This document shows positions 27,835-37,023 of a DNA stretch of 64,000 nucleotides, one piece after another; position 1 is the first letter of the stretch, and every line of letters begins with the position of its first letter. The notes below the pieces were generated by a model that was given only the letters and a program-made list of their open reading frames with translations, was not told the origin of the DNA and searched no databases. Source of the DNA: Eubacteriales bacterium (GTDB lineage: Bacteria; Bacillota; Clostridia; Oscillospirales; CAG-272). The position numbers and the translations under genes are program-made. The stretch spans positions 18,881 through 82,880 of the forward strand of contig JAZPYO010000034.1 of assembly GCA_045544195.1 (NCBI GenBank), written 5' to 3'.

Positions 27835-28944
27835 TTATATTTCCCAAAATTCAATATCGTTACAAACAAAATCTTTTTTGCGGTATTCAGAAAACTTTTC
27901 TATTGGGTAGCCTTTAGGAATAAGTTCAATGTATCGTGATGTTTCTGTGCGTCCATCGACACCTTCTTTAGCAAGTGTAGGACGAGCAAAACGGAAACAG
28001 TTCTTTGTCATATAATTCCTATAGTATTCTTTTGCAAAACCTTGTCCGTTATAGTTGGCAGTTGGATTTTCAAAAATCAGTTCACCTGCCAAAAGAAGTT
28101 CTCGCAGACGAGGTAAAGATACATATTCTCCGTCATTATCTTTGAGATACAATCGCCAAGTAGGGTCAAGCATAATTCGTTTTTCAGACGGCAAAAGGCA
28201 ATCAACAACCACGTGGCAGTCATCAAATGGTTCTTCATAAGGCATACAGGTGATGTGTTGGGCTTTTATACCATTGAGGCGAAGCAAAGATGCCAAAAGA
28301 ATTGCAAGCCCTCGACAATTAGATTTGCCTTCGTTACTCTCACAGAAGCCAATCAAATCGGTGATCGTTCTTCCACTTCCCAAACCTTTTGTGCCGTTGT
28401 GCCCGAAATGGTCGCAAACGAAATCAAGCAGTTTAAAAACGATTTCATCACTTGAATTATCAAGACCTTTTATGTAATCAAAATAGTTGTATTTTTTTAA
28501 AATTTTGGGAGTTTTACCGCCTAATACAAACTCTACGGAACTGCCATATTTATTTTCTTTGTCGTAATCGGCATACTCTTTTAAACTCTCGAGTCGTGTT
28601 TTTTCACTGTTTGGTATAAAAACTTCAGGTGGGATAAATTTATATGGTTCATCCTCGGGTATATCGCTTAATTTAATATATTTTACAGGTGTTTCTTTAC
28701 CGTGTTGAGTATAGAAGCCTTCAAGATTTCCGTCTGCAAATTTGATGTGATAAACCATACGATAGTATTCATCGTTGATTTCATAACAAAAAAATTCATC
28801 CTTTTCATAAACACAATTAGGCTCAAAATTATAATAGCCACTTGAAGTAAAGGATATTTTCATTCGGAGAGGAGATTCGTCAAATATATTAATTGTTTCG
28901 CCCATATTCTCTTTATACCATTTTCCGATCAATCGCTTGTCCAT
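27835..28944 (-). CDS. Cytoplasmic transglutaminase-like (Cys-His-Asp) domain protein
   Basis: 369 aa with no signal peptide. Core residues are SNCRGLAILLASLLRLNG (Cys), DDCHVVVDC (His) and IMLDPTW (Asp). Confidence 0.6.
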   Translation of the reverse strand: MDKRLIGKWYKENMGETINIFDESPLRMKISFTSSGYYNFEPNCVYEKDEFFCYEINDEYYRMVYHIKFADGNLEGFYTQHGKETPVKYIKLSDIPEDEPYKFIPPEVFIPNSEKTRLESLKEYADYDKENKYGSSVEFVLGGKTPKILKKYNYFDYIKGLDNSSDEIVFKLLDFVCDHFGHNGTKGLGSGRTITDLIGFCESNEGKSNCRGLAILLASLLRLNGIKAQHITCMPYEEPFDDCHVVVDCLLPSEKRIMLDPTWRLYLKDNDGEYVSLPRLRELLLAGELIFENPTANYNGQGFAKEYYRNYMTKNCFRFARPTLAKEGVDGRTETSRYIELIPKGYPIEKFSEYRKKDFVCNDIEFWEI

Positions 28945-29126
28945 ATTTTTATACCGACCTCTCTCAACTATACTGTGATATGGATTAACCTGTACAATGC
29001 TAAATTGTCTTTTGTTCAGTATATCATAAAACTATGAATTTTTCAATGTTACAATCTTTATGGGTCTTAATGATTAAAAAAATTAATAGAATAGATTCTG
29101 ATTACAATAAGTGTTTTTTATATCAA

Positions 29127-29164
29127 ATATTCCGAAAGCAGTTTTAAGTGCTTTCGGAATATTT
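29127..29164 (-). terminator. Hairpin just downstream of the large dockerin protein gene
   Basis: AATATTCCGAAAGC / GCTTTCGGAATATT 14-bp stem immediately after the stop codon. The U-tract on the minus strand is weak. Confidence 0.4.
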
Positions 29165-29167
29165 GAG

Positions 29168-32100
29168 TTATTGCTTTGTGATCAGCTCGACGAGTGATAC
29201 AAGGTCTTGCTTATCTATTATATCATCGTCATTGAGCATTGAAAGGTCATTTCGTATTCTTGTATCCGGGTCAGAGAGATATTTCTTTAAACGAATGATA
29301 TCACGCACGTCTATATTACCGTCGCCGTTTACATCTCCCTTTTTGCCGTTTTGCATTATTCTGAATGTGCGGCTATCTGTGCCGGACATATCAATATTGT
29401 ATGCAAAGCTGTAAGTGCCGTCCTCGTCGTAATATACCTGATATCCGTCGTAACCGTTGTTTCCTGTATCGTATTTCACATATTCGCCGTTTACGAACTC
29501 GTACATACCGTCTATTACATAGTTATCGAAGCCGTAAATACGGATAACTGCGTGATTATCTCCGCCCAAAATAGTAAACTCCGCTGTGCCGTTATTTGCT
29601 TTTACGCTCGGTAAAAATGTTTCTGAAATATTTTCTCCCTCTGTAACGATCAATCTGTAAGGATCAATACAAGAGTCCTGTCTTACATTGAGAACGCTTG
29701 TGATATCTGTGTCATCAGGATCACCCCAGGGAAGTAAAACTGTATTAATTGAAATAACATCACCTTTTTTAAGGGTAACTGCACCTAAATCAAGTGTTAG
29801 TGCACCGTAGTTCATATTGTTGATGTAAGTATTTTTTAAAACAAATCTTCCATCATATATCTTACCGTTTACAGTGATGCTGTGATCCCTTATCATCAAA
29901 GCCATATTCGTGACCTGTTCAGACGTGCCTTGACGCTGATAGTAGCAAAAGAACGGGGCATTATCTCCAAGTGTTATATAATCAACTGTGCCTGCGTTAT
30001 ATGAAAGAGCTTTATTTGCAATATTGTTATTTTCGTCAAGGTAGCTTAACGACTTATAAAAAACGTGTCTGCCATCAAAAGAAACAAATGAAAAATCACG
30101 TTTGAAATTACTGAAGCTGATATCCTCAAGCACCGTCAGCTTTATCTGATAATTTGTACGTGTTTCGTCGGTCTGCGGAAGCTCGATATGCTTGTATTCA
30201 GCTTTTATTTTTCCGTCATCGGATAAGTACTCCATATCGATATCTGAATAAATAGGTCCTGCGCTATGGATATTTGCGTTTTGCGTTTCTGATTTATAGC
30301 TGTTACCGTTAGAGTCGGTATATTTCAAAAAATATATCTGACCGCCGCTGTAATGCTGGGGCTGATCTTCCCAAAGCACGCCTGATAAAGCTCGAAAATC
30401 GGGAAGTGTCCAGCCGTCCTTGCCGTTTACAAAGTAAGGGGCTATACAGTTAGTTTCCGAAACACCCACCGAAAGATGATAATATGAAACAAAGAATTTT
30501 ATTGATGAAAGCTGCTTTAAGGGATACTTTCCCCAATTCTGATAAAGGTTAATTACTGTAAACGTCTTTTCCTCCTGTGCATTCAGAGCTAAAGGAAAAT
30601 ATATTTCACCGAATGACGTATCATCAGGATAATAAACATTTTCTTCATACTCTCCGTGGAAGTTCTTGCAGACCTCGACGGGAATGGGGAGCAGATCCTT
30701 ATTTTCGTCAATTACCGCACCGCATTCAAGGCTTCCGTGTACAGAGTGGCTTTTTATGTAAATGTGTCTGTCACAATTGTCGCCTTTTACAGTTATCGGA
30801 ACAAAGAAGTATCTGTTCGGAGTATTATAGTACGCAGTGTAGAAGCCCATACCGTCCACATTGAAAACATAAGCACCTGTATAAGGATCATAATGTGAAT
30901 ATGATGCACCGCTCGTATTTTCATCTACCGTTATGTTATCGCCGGTAAGAGGATTTCTCTCAATATATGCTTCTTTGTTGAATAATGCAAAATCGTGCGT
31001 TTCGTCATTATACACACGAGTGCTTAATTTTATCTCCTGGCCGCTCGAAAGAGCGTTGATATTAAGATATCTGTTTATAACATAGTATCCGTCAACGATT
31101 TCAACGGATATATTACCCATATTATTTCCATTCGGTACGATAAATCCTATAACACCTGCATCAGTATCAAATGCCGCTGAGATGAGCGAGGTCATTTTTT
31201 CGCTGACTGATGTATAAGTGTTTAAGTCGTCAGCAAGCACGAGCTTTGAGATGCTTGATACGGGGATCTTTGTCTGCACTCCGACTGAGCTTATGTCGCT
31301 TATATCCTCGTTTGCAACAAACCGAAGCTCATCATGGAGCTTTTCTGAGTATGTGTGGAAAGTACGCTCAAATTTTACTGAAGGTGTTGCAATAGTTGCA
31401 TTTACTGCTTTAAGTGCAGAAATGCTTATCGTTTCATTGATCTGCTTGCCGCAGTCCACCCTTATTCCTCTGACGTATCCTGTGTAGTTCGGAAGGTGGC
31501 TTATCGGTATTGTGTAAGTGCCCGACTGTCCGGGGGTTATGTCAAAGCTCACGCATTGCTCTGCGTTGAAAGAGCCGACTGCATCTGTATAGAAATAAAT
31601 TGCACAGTCATCAGCTACCTGGCTTTTTATCGTTATTTGTATTGCGTTATACGAGTTGCTTGAGAATCTTATGTTCGAATTATAGCAAAACGGATCGGTT
31701 GTGTCAGTGACCTTGTAGGACAGAACATTATTTCTGCAGGATACGTTTGATACCATATTTCCCGACCAATATCTCGTTTTCGTGTTCAGTAAATTATATG
31801 ATTGACCCGAAACTGTTACACTGTCATCCTGTATATTCTGACCGAGAATATGAACATCGTAATAGTAATATCCAAGTCTGAAGGCGTTGAAATACGGCAC
31901 TGAATTGGAATGTGAAGCAAAAGAAAGACCGGACGATGATTCAAAATATGCATCGGAGGAATTTGTAAAATATGCAGCGCCGCTTTTGTTTTTGAATGAT
32001 GAGATCAGTTTATTTGAGGTGGCAAGATTATACGTTGCCGAAAAAGAATTGTTTTCTATCTCAAGTGCAAGTCTTTGCGGAGAATCATATCTTACCTGCA

Positions 32101-32317
32101 CGCCGTTTTTAACGGTGTTTGCGTATTTTATGGCGTTGTCCCAGCTACTTATATTTTCAGCGGTCGGGGAAGCTGTATTTTCGTATTCAGCTACATCATC
32201 TTCTGTCTTTACTGCTGTTGTCCTCAGAGTTGTATAGGCAATTGCGGGAAGAGAAAACAGAAATGACGCTATCACTATAGAAGAAATTACCCCTTTAATA
32301 TTCACAAGGTGCTTCAT
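29168..32317 (-). CDS. Large secreted dockerin-containing protein of unknown function
   Basis: About 1050 aa. The AAAGGAGG RBS favours the MKHLV start at 32317. It has a signal peptide (VISSIVIASFLFSLPAIA) and a C-terminal type-I dockerin. I could not assign the roughly 950-aa body to any family. Confidence 0.75.
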   Translation of the reverse strand: MKHLVNIKGVISSIVIASFLFSLPAIAYTTLRTTAVKTEDDVAEYENTASPTAENISSWDNAIKYANTVKNGVQVRYDSPQRLALEIENNSFSATYNLATSNKLISSFKNKSGAAYFTNSSDAYFESSSGLSFASHSNSVPYFNAFRLGYYYYDVHILGQNIQDDSVTVSGQSYNLLNTKTRYWSGNMVSNVSCRNNVLSYKVTDTTDPFCYNSNIRFSSNSYNAIQITIKSQVADDCAIYFYTDAVGSFNAEQCVSFDITPGQSGTYTIPISHLPNYTGYVRGIRVDCGKQINETISISALKAVNATIATPSVKFERTFHTYSEKLHDELRFVANEDISDISSVGVQTKIPVSSISKLVLADDLNTYTSVSEKMTSLISAAFDTDAGVIGFIVPNGNNMGNISVEIVDGYYVINRYLNINALSSGQEIKLSTRVYNDETHDFALFNKEAYIERNPLTGDNITVDENTSGASYSHYDPYTGAYVFNVDGMGFYTAYYNTPNRYFFVPITVKGDNCDRHIYIKSHSVHGSLECGAVIDENKDLLPIPVEVCKNFHGEYEENVYYPDDTSFGEIYFPLALNAQEEKTFTVINLYQNWGKYPLKQLSSIKFFVSYYHLSVGVSETNCIAPYFVNGKDGWTLPDFRALSGVLWEDQPQHYSGGQIYFLKYTDSNGNSYKSETQNANIHSAGPIYSDIDMEYLSDDGKIKAEYKHIELPQTDETRTNYQIKLTVLEDISFSNFKRDFSFVSFDGRHVFYKSLSYLDENNNIANKALSYNAGTVDYITLGDNAPFFCYYQRQGTSEQVTNMALMIRDHSITVNGKIYDGRFVLKNTYINNMNYGALTLDLGAVTLKKGDVISINTVLLPWGDPDDTDITSVLNVRQDSCIDPYRLIVTEGENISETFLPSVKANNGTAEFTILGGDNHAVIRIYGFDNYVIDGMYEFVNGEYVKYDTGNNGYDGYQVYYDEDGTYSFAYNIDMSGTDSRTFRIMQNGKKGDVNGDGNIDVRDIIRLKKYLSDPDTRIRNDLSMLNDDDIIDKQDLVSLVELITKQ
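29171..29338 (-). other. Type-I dockerin module (two Ca-binding repeats)
   Basis: GDVNGDGNIDVRDIIRLKKYL ... LNDDDIIDKQDLVSLVELI at the C-terminus. Confidence 0.8.
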
Positions 32318-32593
32318 AAAAAACCTCCTTTTTAGCATCGTATTAATGATACATTAATATTTGTTAATTTGCAAGAGATAAAACATTTTTTCTCCCTTTT
32401 GCACAAGAAAAACGTATATTTTGTGTTAAAAATCAACAACATAATGTTTTTTAAAAACTGAAAAAATATGCAAAATCGACAAATTACGAATATAACAAAT
32501 GCATCCTCCTTTTTACTGCCGATTTTTAATATATGATAGATTTAGACATTTTTAACTGATACAATTAAACAAAAGATTGAAAGGTGAACACAG

Positions 32594-33277
32594 TTGAAAA
32601 AAATAGTAAATTGGTTTAAAGAATACGGCTATTATTATAAAATACATTTTATTATAGGTGCATTTGCACTTTTGATGGCTGTGATTATTATAATTCAAGC
32701 AGCGACAAAGGTGGATTATGATATATATGTAACGTATCTTGGACCGATAGCGCACAGTACTGATTCGCTGGACTCTATAGAAAAAGCGATGATCTCTACC
32801 TTGAACGATGACCTGAAAAAAGAGGTAAAGGAAATTTCAATACGAGATATAGTATATCTCAACACAGAGCTTTTTTCCGAGAGCCGTGATAACGATATGT
32901 TTGTTTCCGCTACATCGAACAGTGATGCTGTTAAGCTATTGAATAATGAAATAGCTGTCGGTGATTCGTATATCTATATTATAGATAAGGAGCAGTATGA
33001 CAAGATAAAGCTGACAGGAGCGCTGTCAAAGCTGTCAGATGTCCTCACAGAAGTTCCGCAGTATGCTGACGTGTACGGTATTCCGTTGAAAAAAACTCCG
33101 TTCGGACAGAGCTTTGCCTGCTTTGCAAATTACCGCGACGATATGATATTATGCCTTCGTGCAAATACGTCGGACAGTGCGGTTTCTGCGTTAAAGGGCT
33201 CTGAAGCGGTTCAAGCTGAATTTGACCTTCATAAAAAGGTTTTTGAAAGCATCGTTAATTACATTCCTGAGGAATGA
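32594..33277 (+). CDS. Hypothetical membrane-anchored protein
   Basis: 227-aa ORF with a TTG start behind a GAAAGGTGA RBS and one TM helix (IHFIIGAFALLMAVIIIIQ). No motif recognised. Confidence 0.5.
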   Translation: MKKIVNWFKEYGYYYKIHFIIGAFALLMAVIIIIQAATKVDYDIYVTYLGPIAHSTDSLDSIEKAMISTLNDDLKKEVKEISIRDIVYLNTELFSESRDNDMFVSATSNSDAVKLLNNEIAVGDSYIYIIDKEQYDKIKLTGALSKLSDVLTEVPQYADVYGIPLKKTPFGQSFACFANYRDDMILCLRANTSDSAVSALKGSEAVQAEFDLHKKVFESIVNYIPEE

Positions 33278-33290
33278 TGCAATATAATAA

Positions 33291-33330
33291 AAATATCTCC
33301 CTTGCATTGCAAGAGAGATATTTTGCTTTT
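33291..33330. terminator. Bidirectional terminator between convergent genes
   Basis: Long hairpin AAATATCTCCC-TTGCA-ttg... / ...TGCAA-GAGAGATATTT with A-rich 5' and T-rich 3' flanks. Confidence 0.6.
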
Positions 33331-33339
33331 ATATACGTT

Positions 33340-36063
33340 TTATTTTATGTGTAAGCCTGTTACTATCTTTGTTATTATGACCCATATAAGCTGGTAAATA
33401 ACTATCAAAAGCGAGGTGATGCTTCCGCTCAGACCTGCGATGAATGCAAATATCACTATCATGAATGAAACGAGCATAGACATTACAGAGATCAGCGTTC
33501 CCGTTTTGATAACCGAAGATAGCTTTCTGCAATTTGTAAGGGTCTTCAAAAGAGATTTAGCCGATCTCGTTGATATAACGGTAGCCTCGGCAGATTCTGA
33601 TGTTGAAGAAAGCTCACTTGCGTTTGCGCATTTGATGACCTTTACAGGATATTTTTTAATGTTGATCTCGTTTGCAAGAAGGGCAGTATCGATATTGGGA
33701 TCGAACGTTTTCACCGCTATGCACATACCCGCATTCGTAAGCTGACGCAGAGTGCTTGTGAATTCACCGTCCGCTGTATACTGAAAATAGAATTTGGCAA
33801 CGATAGTTCCGCCGAATGCTACATACATTATACGCCTTGAATTGTTAGACTCGGATATTTCATCCTCAGTAGTATAAGCAGGGATATAGTTTCTGTTTTC
33901 CATAAATGATGCACTTCCGATCAGAACGTGCTCATCATCAACGTCGGCTTCTATACCGTCCTCATATACTGTGTGTATTTTTACGTTATCCGTGGTTCCT
34001 ATTTCGTTGGTAATGCTTGAAAATACATCGTTCAACGGTCCGTTCAGCTTTGTGAAAAGACTTGCTATAACATAAACCACGTGATCGAATCTTGCGTGGG
34101 GATAAATTCTGTGGTGAACGAGCTTTGTTGCGTAAGGCGGGAATACCTCGACATCATCAAACGAAACGACTGATGCACTTGAATATTCATCGGCAACCGT
34201 TTCACCTATGAACGTACTGTTTTCGTAAGATGCCAGAGAAGAAGCCTTGTATAAGGGTGACGCAAACGCGACATACAGCGAAGACGGCAGTAACGCACAT
34301 AAGAGTGTAAATGCGTACGAAACGGAAGAGTCAACAGAATCCTTTAAAACGAACATAAGAATAAAATACGCAATTGCTACAAACAAAGAAAGCAGGGAAA
34401 TAATACCGAAGGCGGAGCGTTGCTTTGTCTGCTTTGAAAAATTCGTTGCAAATTTTTCGACAAATGATGTTTTATTGATCTTGAGAAGCTCAGGATTTTC
34501 GGGCAGATAATCGAAAAATTCATTCTTGTCCACGCTGTCAGAGTCGGGCGTGTACTTTTCTATTGCATATTTACGCTTTGCGCTGGAAACTGTTTTGAAC
34601 GAGTTTATCTCACGCTTAAGATCCCAAAGCTCGCTTACAAGTGAAATACATATGCAGAAGGCGCACGGAGAGAACATAAGCATAAGCTCATCGGGCAATA
34701 CGATCGCTGTATATATACCGTAAGCAGCGGTGGTAAAAGCAAATACAAACGTTAATACATCGGTCGTTGATCTGCCTGTTACAAACGCCTTTGCGCCGTC
34801 TGCGAGCCTGTTCATTGCCAAGCCGCAACAGATGAAGAACAGCTGCATGCAAAGCAAAATAAGAACACGGGGATTTGCATCGGGAGAAATAAAGTGAGGA
34901 AGCGATGCACCGAAAGAAACGAGCGACTCCAGAACGATCAGTAAAAGGGAAACAACGAATGAAGCTATAATGCGGATATTTAACGAGGTAAACGCCTTTT
35001 TGTATTTTTCAAGGAATATGGGCTTTTGCGACTGGCTTGTATATTCGTCTATCCTTCCCCTTGCCCTTTGTTCTGCCTGTACCTTGCGTTTTTTCTTTCT
35101 TTCGCGCTTTTCCTCAGGTGTTTCGCGCGCTGAAATGTCGTCATTGAAAATATCGTTGAGCTTTTGCTCAAAATTGACGGCAAACATTATATCATGCTGG
35201 GCATCGTCATATCCGTCACTCGAATCCTCCTGGTCGTTATAGGCCTGATCGAATGCCCGTGCATCGTTTTCCGAAAGATTATTATCATTTGCCTGCTGCT
35301 CTGAGATAGACGGATCTTCATCAGACTGAAGATCGGATTCACGTGTTGCAGCGTTGTCAAGTCCTTCAAGATCAGACTGCCTTGTAGGCTCATTATCCTC
35401 CGTTAAGCTATCTGAGCGATCGACCGATTTGTCAGCATCGGGAGAGGATGCGGCAACTATTGTAAGGTCCTTGCTATCCTCGTCATCAGCCGCTACTCCT
35501 TCATTTGCTTTTGCTTCATCTGTTTCAACGGAAAAAGCGTTCGTCGAAGATATCTGTTCTTCTATTTCAAAAAGAGATGTTGGCTCGTTATCGGAATCAA
35601 GCTCCTCAAAGTCGGCATCGTCAAATATGATCTTGCGTTCGTCTCTCGGCTCTTCTTCTGTTATATTGATGCTGCTTACGCCTCTGCTTTGCGCAGGCTT
35701 TGACATAGGTGCAGGCTGATATACGGTATCGTCAAGTCTGTCAAGCGTATCGCTGAAGCCGATAAGAGAATCATCAATATCAGTAAGTGTGTCAATGTCT
35801 GACGATTTACCGAACGTTTCTTTATCCTCCGGATCCGTCATTTCGGTGGGAGTGTGCGTGCTTTCTTCTGATTCGGAAATCAGATCGTCTGCAATGATAA
35901 CTCCCGTGTCATCTTCATTATTCAAATCGCTTTCGCTGTTATTTTCCTCATTTTTTTCAGTGTCCTTTTGCTGACCGTCAGGTGTAAGACCGAGGGAAAT
36001 ATTCAGCATCCTGATAAGCTCGTCTGCTGAAAGGTCTTTCTTTTCATCGTTATTGTCCATCAT
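33340..36063 (-). CDS. P1B-type-ATPase-like membrane protein with degenerate catalytic motifs and an acidic N-terminal tail
   Basis: 907 aa. GAKAFVTGRSTTDVLTFVFAFTTAAY resembles the MDxLV region of heavy-metal ATPases. LLCALLPSSLYVAFASP occupies the CPC...ATP helix. VVSFDDVEVF replaces VVFDKTGTLT, and KTFDPN replaces TGDN. GIEADVDDEHVLIGSASFMENRNYIP resembles the N-domain. Confidence 0.65.
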   Translation of the reverse strand: MMDNNDEKKDLSADELIRMLNISLGLTPDGQQKDTEKNEENNSESDLNNEDDTGVIIADDLISESEESTHTPTEMTDPEDKETFGKSSDIDTLTDIDDSLIGFSDTLDRLDDTVYQPAPMSKPAQSRGVSSINITEEEPRDERKIIFDDADFEELDSDNEPTSLFEIEEQISSTNAFSVETDEAKANEGVAADDEDSKDLTIVAASSPDADKSVDRSDSLTEDNEPTRQSDLEGLDNAATRESDLQSDEDPSISEQQANDNNLSENDARAFDQAYNDQEDSSDGYDDAQHDIMFAVNFEQKLNDIFNDDISARETPEEKRERKKKRKVQAEQRARGRIDEYTSQSQKPIFLEKYKKAFTSLNIRIIASFVVSLLLIVLESLVSFGASLPHFISPDANPRVLILLCMQLFFICCGLAMNRLADGAKAFVTGRSTTDVLTFVFAFTTAAYGIYTAIVLPDELMLMFSPCAFCICISLVSELWDLKREINSFKTVSSAKRKYAIEKYTPDSDSVDKNEFFDYLPENPELLKINKTSFVEKFATNFSKQTKQRSAFGIISLLSLFVAIAYFILMFVLKDSVDSSVSYAFTLLCALLPSSLYVAFASPLYKASSLASYENSTFIGETVADEYSSASVVSFDDVEVFPPYATKLVHHRIYPHARFDHVVYVIASLFTKLNGPLNDVFSSITNEIGTTDNVKIHTVYEDGIEADVDDEHVLIGSASFMENRNYIPAYTTEDEISESNNSRRIMYVAFGGTIVAKFYFQYTADGEFTSTLRQLTNAGMCIAVKTFDPNIDTALLANEINIKKYPVKVIKCANASELSSTSESAEATVISTRSAKSLLKTLTNCRKLSSVIKTGTLISVMSMLVSFMIVIFAFIAGLSGSITSLLIVIYQLIWVIITKIVTGLHIK

Positions 36064-36098
36064 TAAACCCTTTCCTTTCTGTCAACTGTTTTCATAGA

Positions 36099-36854
36099 TC
36101 ATTTGTTAAGTATATATTTTTGCTTTGTGATCTCATTAAGTATTACTGCGGCTGCACAGGATACGTTCAGAGAATTAACGCACCCCATCATAGGAATTGA
36201 AACTGTAAAATCGCATTTTGATCTTACAAGCTGGGATACACCGTGTCCCTCTGCGCCGAGAACAAGACACACGCCGCCTGAAAAATCACATTTGAAGTAC
36301 TCAGTTCCGCCAAAATCAGCAGCGTATACCCAGACTCCTTTCTTTTTAAGCTCGTCTATCACCGAGGGAATATTTGTAACCTTTGCTATCGGAAGGTGCG
36401 ATACAGCGCCCGCCGATGCCTTTACGGCAGTTCCGTTTACTGTTGCGCATCTTCTTTTTGGGATGATAAGACCGTGAGCCCCGGCGCATTCGCACGTACG
36501 GATTATCGCGCCGAGATTGTGCGGATCCTCTATGCCGTCTGCGATTACTATGAAAGGCGATTGTCCCTTTTCGTTGGCAATCTGTAAAATGTCGTCAACG
36601 TCAACGTAGCTGACGGACGATGTTACGGCGCATATGCCCTGATGCACTCCGCCGTCTGTAATTTTGTCGAGCTTAGTCTTATCGCATTCAAGAACAGGAA
36701 TGTGACGCTCCTGAGCTAAAGCTATCAGCTGACCGAGCGAGCCGCTTTTCTCGGTGCGTATAACGAATATCTTGTCCGTTTCAGTTCCTTTTTTTAAAAG
36801 TTCGCGCACGGCATTTCTGCCGTATACGATGTTTTCTTTATTATCAAGCTCCAT
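36099..36854 (-). CDS. rlmB: 23S rRNA (guanosine-2'-O)-methyltransferase, TrmH/SpoU family
   Basis: 251 aa. IVYGRNAVRELL N-terminal domain; SPOUT motifs DGIEDPHNLGAIIRT, LVLGAEGHGV and IPMMGCVNSLNVSCAAAV. Confidence 0.85.
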   Translation of the reverse strand: MELDNKENIVYGRNAVRELLKKGTETDKIFVIRTEKSGSLGQLIALAQERHIPVLECDKTKLDKITDGGVHQGICAVTSSVSYVDVDDILQIANEKGQSPFIVIADGIEDPHNLGAIIRTCECAGAHGLIIPKRRCATVNGTAVKASAGAVSHLPIAKVTNIPSVIDELKKKGVWVYAADFGGTEYFKCDFSGGVCLVLGAEGHGVSQLVRSKCDFTVSIPMMGCVNSLNVSCAAAVILNEITKQKYILNK

Positions 36855-36967
36855 AACTAACTCCGAATTTCAGTATGATTATTTATAATAACACAAAAAA
36901 ACGTATTTGTACACATATAATTATAAAAATTTACAATATTCTTTATTTGTCCTGCAAGTGATTCGGG

Positions 36968-36996
36968 TTGACAATGACGGCGAAACGTGCTATAAT
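36968..36996 (+). promoter_or_regulatory. Consensus sigma-A promoter upstream of ispE
   Basis: TTGACA (36968-36973), 17-nt spacer, TGcTATAAT (-10 at 36991-36996). Confidence 0.55.
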
Positions 36997-37023
36997 CAGT
37001 GCATACTATTGACAGAGGTTTTT

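Noticed and set aside
33487-33513. A KTGTL string (VIKTGTLIS) in the pseudo-ATPase as a relocated phosphorylation motif.
   Set aside because: It lies in the last membrane-proximal segment, equivalent to the post-hinge TM region of P-type ATPases. It lacks the preceding Asp and the P-domain context, so it is most likely coincidental.
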